A stretch of 64,000 nt of DNA, taken from a virus. Position numbers and translations under genes: made by a program. Below, one piece after another: positions 59,675 through 64,000 of the stretch. Position 1 is the first letter of the stretch. Each line of letters starts with the position of its first letter. The notes under the pieces were generated by a model that had not been told where the DNA came from, made no database searches, and saw only the letters and a program-made list of their open reading frames with translations. The stretch lies in the IMG/VR virus record IMGVR_UViG_3300044731_001604, positions 93,573 through 157,572 of that record; one strand, 5' to 3'.

Positions 59675-60367
59675 ATGGTTAAGAAAAACAACGTAAAAGA
59701 TTCATTTGAATTATGCTACTTAAGATCCAGAGCAGCTAAATCAGCATTTGATAAAAAAGATAAGATTAATGTATTGCTGCAGCAGCCATTCTTTGAGAAG
59801 GCTGTACAAGTTGCTTCAAAAGAAGTATATCGTAAAGCTGAGAATTCATTAAATCACTTTGGGTACTTCCTAGAAGACATTAGAAGTATTGCCAGAGTCT
59901 ATGGTTTACAATTTGCAAATCATGAATTTTCAAATAAAAAGAATTCTGATCTAACAATTCCTTTAACAAAGTTTATTATTCAAAGATTGAACACATTTAT
60001 CACGCTTCTTAATAGAAAATTTGAAACAAATGAATTTTCAATATCAAATACAGACACTTCACTCCTATTGGATATTGTTCCAGATGATTCTTTATCGCCA
60101 ATAAAGGATGATGATGTAGTTATTTTGGAACCAGTAAAAACTAAAAATAGTAAAAAAGAAACAAAAGCTTTAAGTAAAAAGATTCAAAAAAACATAGACT
60201 TATATGCACCAAGGTTGGCCGAACTCGCCACATCTAAGCATACTGGGTACTTTATTAGAAAAAAAGCCAGATCAATTTGTAAAAAATGTGGTATAAATTA
60301 CTTAGAGATAACTTTGGCCAAAATTAAGAAACATAATTTGGACCCAAACCAATTTGCATTGAGGTAA
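59675..60367 (+). CDS. Hypothetical protein between primase and helicase
   Basis: 230 aa. Confidence 0.55.
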   Translation: MVKKNNVKDSFELCYLRSRAAKSAFDKKDKINVLLQQPFFEKAVQVASKEVYRKAENSLNHFGYFLEDIRSIARVYGLQFANHEFSNKKNSDLTIPLTKFIIQRLNTFITLLNRKFETNEFSISNTDTSLLLDIVPDDSLSPIKDDDVVILEPVKTKNSKKETKALSKKIQKNIDLYAPRLAELATSKHTGYFIRKKARSICKKCGINYLEITLAKIKKHNLDPNQFALR

Positions 60368-60370
60368 GAA

Positions 60371-62014
60371 ATGGCTGACAATAGTTCTAACTATTTTGAA
60401 GTTACTGATGCCACGATGCAGGCGGTGCTCGGTCACTGCCTACTCAATCAAGCATTTCTAAGAGATTGCGCATCTACACTTCAAAAAGAACATGTAGAAA
60501 ATCCATTGATTGGAAACCTATATAGTTGGGTTATAGAATATTATAAGCGCAGAAAAGCTAAACCTTCAGTTCAAGAGGTGGAAGCTTACATTAATACTGA
60601 ATTTAAATATGATGCGCCAATTCGTAGTAAATACATAAGAATTCTAGGTGAGTCTGTAGACTTGCATGCAAAAAACTTCAATAGAGATGAGCTTGCATTC
60701 CAAGTACATGGGTGGATTAGAGCAAATATCCTTAAAAACTTTATGCAAAGAGCCGTTAACTCTTTCAATAAAAAAGGATACATTGAAACAGAGAATCAAA
60801 TTAAAAAGCTCGAAAGAGATCTAAGAGACGCTGAATTTAACAAAGAAGAACGCGTAGACATGTCTGACATGGCTAACATCGTTAATAGTATGTTAGTTGT
60901 AAGAGATAAGGCATGCACTCTTGGACATCCTGAATTTGATGAATTGATTCTTGCTGGTGCCTCTAGATTACCAACTGACGTTCTATACAATGAAAATACA
61001 ATCAAAGGAAGAACTAAGGGTAGTCTAGTAGCTGGGGCACAGACCATTATGATGGGTCCATCTAATACTGGTAAAACCACTGCTATGGTTACAATTGCTG
61101 TGTCAAACCTGGCTTTCGAGAAGAAAGTTTGTTATATCTCTTGCGAAGACCCAAAAGAACAAGTTTCAATGAAAATGATGCAAAGCTTCTTTTCAATAAC
61201 TGCAAAAGAAATTAGTAATACGTCATCAAGAAATTTTGAAGAACAAAGCGCTCAATGGGCGGAAGTTGCTAATAAATATTTACACTTATTTGAATGGATT
61301 AAGCCAGGTAAAATGTATGTAGAAGATGTTATTGCATTAATTGAAGTTGAGCAAGAAAAACTCGTAGAACGCGGAGAATCTGGATTCGATTTAGTTATAG
61401 TAGACTATCCTGGTATCTTAAGCTCTAGAGATTTAAAGGGTACAAAAGAAGAGTGGACAGAGAAAAGATATATATACTCTCAATTTAGACTCTTGGCAAG
61501 AAAGCACTCTTGGCACTCATTAGTACCTATTCAAACCAATAGAGAAGGTTTTAAAATGAACATGGGCCAAAATTATACATTAGAAATATCTGATGTAGCC
61601 CAAGGTTTCGGTATTACAAATGATGCTGATAACGTTATCACTATTAATAGAAGTAACGAAGATTATACCGTAATGAGAGTTAGATTCTTTGTAGCTAAAA
61701 CTAGAACTGCCGAAGCTAGGAGTACATTCATGTCTGAAACTAGATATGATTTAAGTAGAACTCACGGTCTTGCCTTTGGTTGCTCTGTGTTATCTGCGTC
61801 TGAATTAAAAGATTTAAACGAGCCAGGGTTGTTGGCCACTAGAATTAAACGCAACATGACGTCTCAAATGCTTGGTGCTAAATCAGATGAGTATACTAAA
61901 AATTCAGTTGCGTTTAATATGGCAGATGGTGGACCGCCAATTAAAACTGTTATGTCGACTACTAGCTCTAGTTGGAATGTGCCAGTAGACCCACAGGATC
62001 TAAAAAGAAATTAA
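60371..62014 (+). CDS. Replicative helicase (DnaB/T4 gp41-like)
   Basis: GPSNTGKT, YISCE, VIVDY, QTNR, ADNVITINR, AKTR. Confidence 0.88.
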   Translation: MADNSSNYFEVTDATMQAVLGHCLLNQAFLRDCASTLQKEHVENPLIGNLYSWVIEYYKRRKAKPSVQEVEAYINTEFKYDAPIRSKYIRILGESVDLHAKNFNRDELAFQVHGWIRANILKNFMQRAVNSFNKKGYIETENQIKKLERDLRDAEFNKEERVDMSDMANIVNSMLVVRDKACTLGHPEFDELILAGASRLPTDVLYNENTIKGRTKGSLVAGAQTIMMGPSNTGKTTAMVTIAVSNLAFEKKVCYISCEDPKEQVSMKMMQSFFSITAKEISNTSSRNFEEQSAQWAEVANKYLHLFEWIKPGKMYVEDVIALIEVEQEKLVERGESGFDLVIVDYPGILSSRDLKGTKEEWTEKRYIYSQFRLLARKHSWHSLVPIQTNREGFKMNMGQNYTLEISDVAQGFGITNDADNVITINRSNEDYTVMRVRFFVAKTRTAEARSTFMSETRYDLSRTHGLAFGCSVLSASELKDLNEPGLLATRIKRNMTSQMLGAKSDEYTKNSVAFNMADGGPPIKTVMSTTSSSWNVPVDPQDLKRN

Positions 62015-62072
62015 AACAAAGCGTATTTTTTAAGCAAAAATGTGGTATTAAATAATAAATAAAGGAGTCAAG

Positions 62073-63053
62073 ATGCGTAATTTTCTTAAATCTGTTCACG
62101 AGAAGCTCGGTAGTTTCATGTTTGGTGGCCTTAAAATAGGATTGGCTGTAGCTCTTGTGCTAGCAATTGCCCCAATCATTTCAATTGTTGGAGCTTATGT
62201 TTTTGGAACCAAGCAACACCCATCTCAAGTTACAGTTATGATCACAAACTTCAAACAAACTTCTGGCGGAACTGGCGTTGTAATTAAGCACACACCTACT
62301 AAATCTTTAATTTTAACAAACGCCCACGTGTGTGGACTAGTGTCTGAAAAAGGTGGTTTAGTTAAACAAACTGATAATCATACATATTTTGTTACAGGAA
62401 CTATGACATCAAAAAATCATGATTTGTGCGTAATCTCTGTGGCGGAAGATTTAGGTACATCTGTTAAAATTGCTAGTGAACCACCGGAATTGTACAGTGA
62501 GGCTACAATTACTGGTCACCCAGCTTTATTACCAAACATTATTTCAAAAGGTCATTTTGGCGGAAGACAAGTTATTTCAATTATTACCGGAGTTAAACCT
62601 TGTACTCAAGACGATTTTAATGGTCAAAATGCACTTCTTTGCATGTTCTTAGGTGGCCTTCCAATCGTTAAAATGTTCGATTCTCAAGTAGTGTCTGCTA
62701 CTATCCAAGGTGGATCTTCTGGTTCAGCTGTATTAAATTCTAATGGAGAATTGTCTGGATTAGTTTTTGCTGGAGCAGGAAATGGATTAAGCTACGCATC
62801 AATCGTTCCTTATGAGTATGTAATTGAATTTCTTTATGGAGAGTTTAGTGAGGCTGGTCTAGTTAAACCACCGGCTGAATTCGTTGCATCTGCCGATAAA
62901 CAAGAAGAGATTAACCTACCAAAACAAATCACTGGTGATATTATTAGAAAATGTAAAACATCTGACATTAAAAACCCTAAAATCAAATCAATCTGTAAGC
63001 TGCTTCTAAATGATTCAGCATACAGAGAAGAAGATTCAAATGGAAATAAATAA
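62073..63053 (+). CDS. Membrane-anchored trypsin-like serine protease
   Basis: N-terminal TM; LTNAHV (His), HDLC (Asp), GGSSGS (Ser). Confidence 0.85.
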   Translation: MRNFLKSVHEKLGSFMFGGLKIGLAVALVLAIAPIISIVGAYVFGTKQHPSQVTVMITNFKQTSGGTGVVIKHTPTKSLILTNAHVCGLVSEKGGLVKQTDNHTYFVTGTMTSKNHDLCVISVAEDLGTSVKIASEPPELYSEATITGHPALLPNIISKGHFGGRQVISIITGVKPCTQDDFNGQNALLCMFLGGLPIVKMFDSQVVSATIQGGSSGSAVLNSNGELSGLVFAGAGNGLSYASIVPYEYVIEFLYGEFSEAGLVKPPAEFVASADKQEEINLPKQITGDIIRKCKTSDIKNPKIKSICKLLLNDSAYREEDSNGNK

Positions 63054-63531
63054 AAGAACAGTAGTAATTGTATCCTTGCTCCTAGTATCACTTGGGGCAG
63101 GGATCGGCAAATATGCCTCTCCAGAAAAAGTTGTCACAAAAACTGAAACTATTACTGTTGAAAAAGAAGTTATTAAGTACAAAGAGTCCGGTTCTGAAAA
63201 CACTAAAGTAGACAAAGTAACAGTTATAGTTGAAGATATTAGTAAAGATGGGACTATCCACAGAGAGACAGTGCAGGTAGATAAAACTCAAATTGATAAG
63301 TTTATCAGTAAAGAGCTTGATAAGAAAAAAGAAACAGATACGACAGTTGTTACAGAGACAGAAAAAACAAATCAAGCTTTGTGGCATATATCAGCTTTAG
63401 CCTCAGTAAAACAAGGAGAAATTCCTTCTTACGGGGCCCTTGTAGAAAAAAGAGTTTTGGGACCAATTAGCGTTGGGGCATTCGGATTAACAAATAAAAC
63501 TGCCGGCATTACAATAGGATATTCATTTTAA
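63040..63531 (+). CDS. Envelope protein: N-terminal TM/signal and C-terminal amphipathic beta-strands
   Basis: Likely start MEINK at 63040; ends AGITIGYSF. Confidence 0.6.
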   Translation: MEINKRTVVIVSLLLVSLGAGIGKYASPEKVVTKTETITVEKEVIKYKESGSENTKVDKVTVIVEDISKDGTIHRETVQVDKTQIDKFISKELDKKKETDTTVVTETEKTNQALWHISALASVKQGEIPSYGALVEKRVLGPISVGAFGLTNKTAGITIGYSF

Positions 63532-63541
63532 GGAATTAGAA

Positions 63542-64000
63542 ATGTTTGCTAATAAAATTACTTACTGTCTAAATTCAGCCGCTGTGGGAGATCTAGTTGC
63601 AGCGGCACCTTCCCTCAAGTGGGCAATCGAAAATTTCCACCACAAAACAGATTATCAAGTTGGAATGTACAAAGATTTTAAAGATCTGTTTCCTTTTGTT
63701 CCGGAAGAAAAAATAGTGGACATCCAAGGAAGTTATTCAAACGAATTCTCGGTTAGGCATCTTAATATGCTTGGAGTCGGTGGCAATGTTTGCAAATTAA
63801 CTCCGTCACGCATGAAATTAACTCAATATGGAAGTATTGGATTATTAGGTAGAGTATTACCAGACCATTTAACAAAATATGTCCCACTTCAAGAAGTTGA
63901 TGTTAGTCATTATGGTGTTGATTTTTCAAAAGCCGTTGTGATTATATCTACCTATAGAGATCCACAAAGAACAATAATTGCAAGTGAAATTAAAAAAATA
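63542..64000 (+). CDS. Partial glycosyltransferase, GT9 (heptosyltransferase)-like
   Basis: Not in the ORF track (open to the window end): MFANKITYCLNSAAVGDLVAAAPSLKWAI..., matching the GT9 N-terminal xxGDxxxxxP motif. Confidence 0.55.
   Translation, partial: MFANKITYCLNSAAVGDLVAAAPSLKWAIENFHHKTDYQVGMYKDFKDLFPFVPEEKIVDIQGSYSNEFSVRHLNMLGVGGNVCKLTPSRMKLTQYGSIGLLGRVLPDHLTKYVPLQEVDVSHYGVDFSKAVVIISTYRDPQRTIIASEIKKI

Noticed and set aside
42091-63387. Minus-strand ORFs in the right 22 kb, plus alternative-frame ORFs such as 47437..47646 and 62470..62652
   Set aside because: They are shadows of well-supported plus-strand genes.

Overview
This is an AT-rich 64 kb segment of a large tailed dsDNA bacteriophage genome. 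No host housekeeping operons and no CRISPR array were seen. Genes from 1 to 41.5 kb lie on the minus strand. They encode an SPO1/Twort-like (Herelleviridae-type) head module (TerL, portal, MuF-like protein, prohead protease, scaffold, major capsid protein, neck proteins), a tRNA-Ala, and a block of small accessory and nucleotide-metabolism genes. Genes from 41.9 to 64 kb lie on the plus strand. They encode GroEL, SbcC, RuvC, DnaE, a gp32-like SSB, UvsY- and RecA-like proteins, primase, helicase, a membrane trypsin-like protease and a partial GT9-like glycosyltransferase. Five observations stand out. (1) A candidate capsid-packaged, protease-released effector set: two PI3/4-kinase/HipA-like domains (one fused to the prohead protease), a transglycosylase, a degenerate mCpol-like domain and a 2116-aa repeat protein, most carrying a hydrophobic-x-K|S/T/A motif like the capsid maturation site. 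(2) A sigma70 that ends before region 4.2, a separate small sigma4.2-like protein, and a -35-less YTAATCTW motif upstream of structural genes. (3) An enzyme resembling plant TAA1/alliinase. (4) GroEL/GroES and SbcC/SbcD pairs each split across the strand switch. (5) A repeat-rich candidate origin at that switch. All assignments come from motif recognition by eye; no searches were run.
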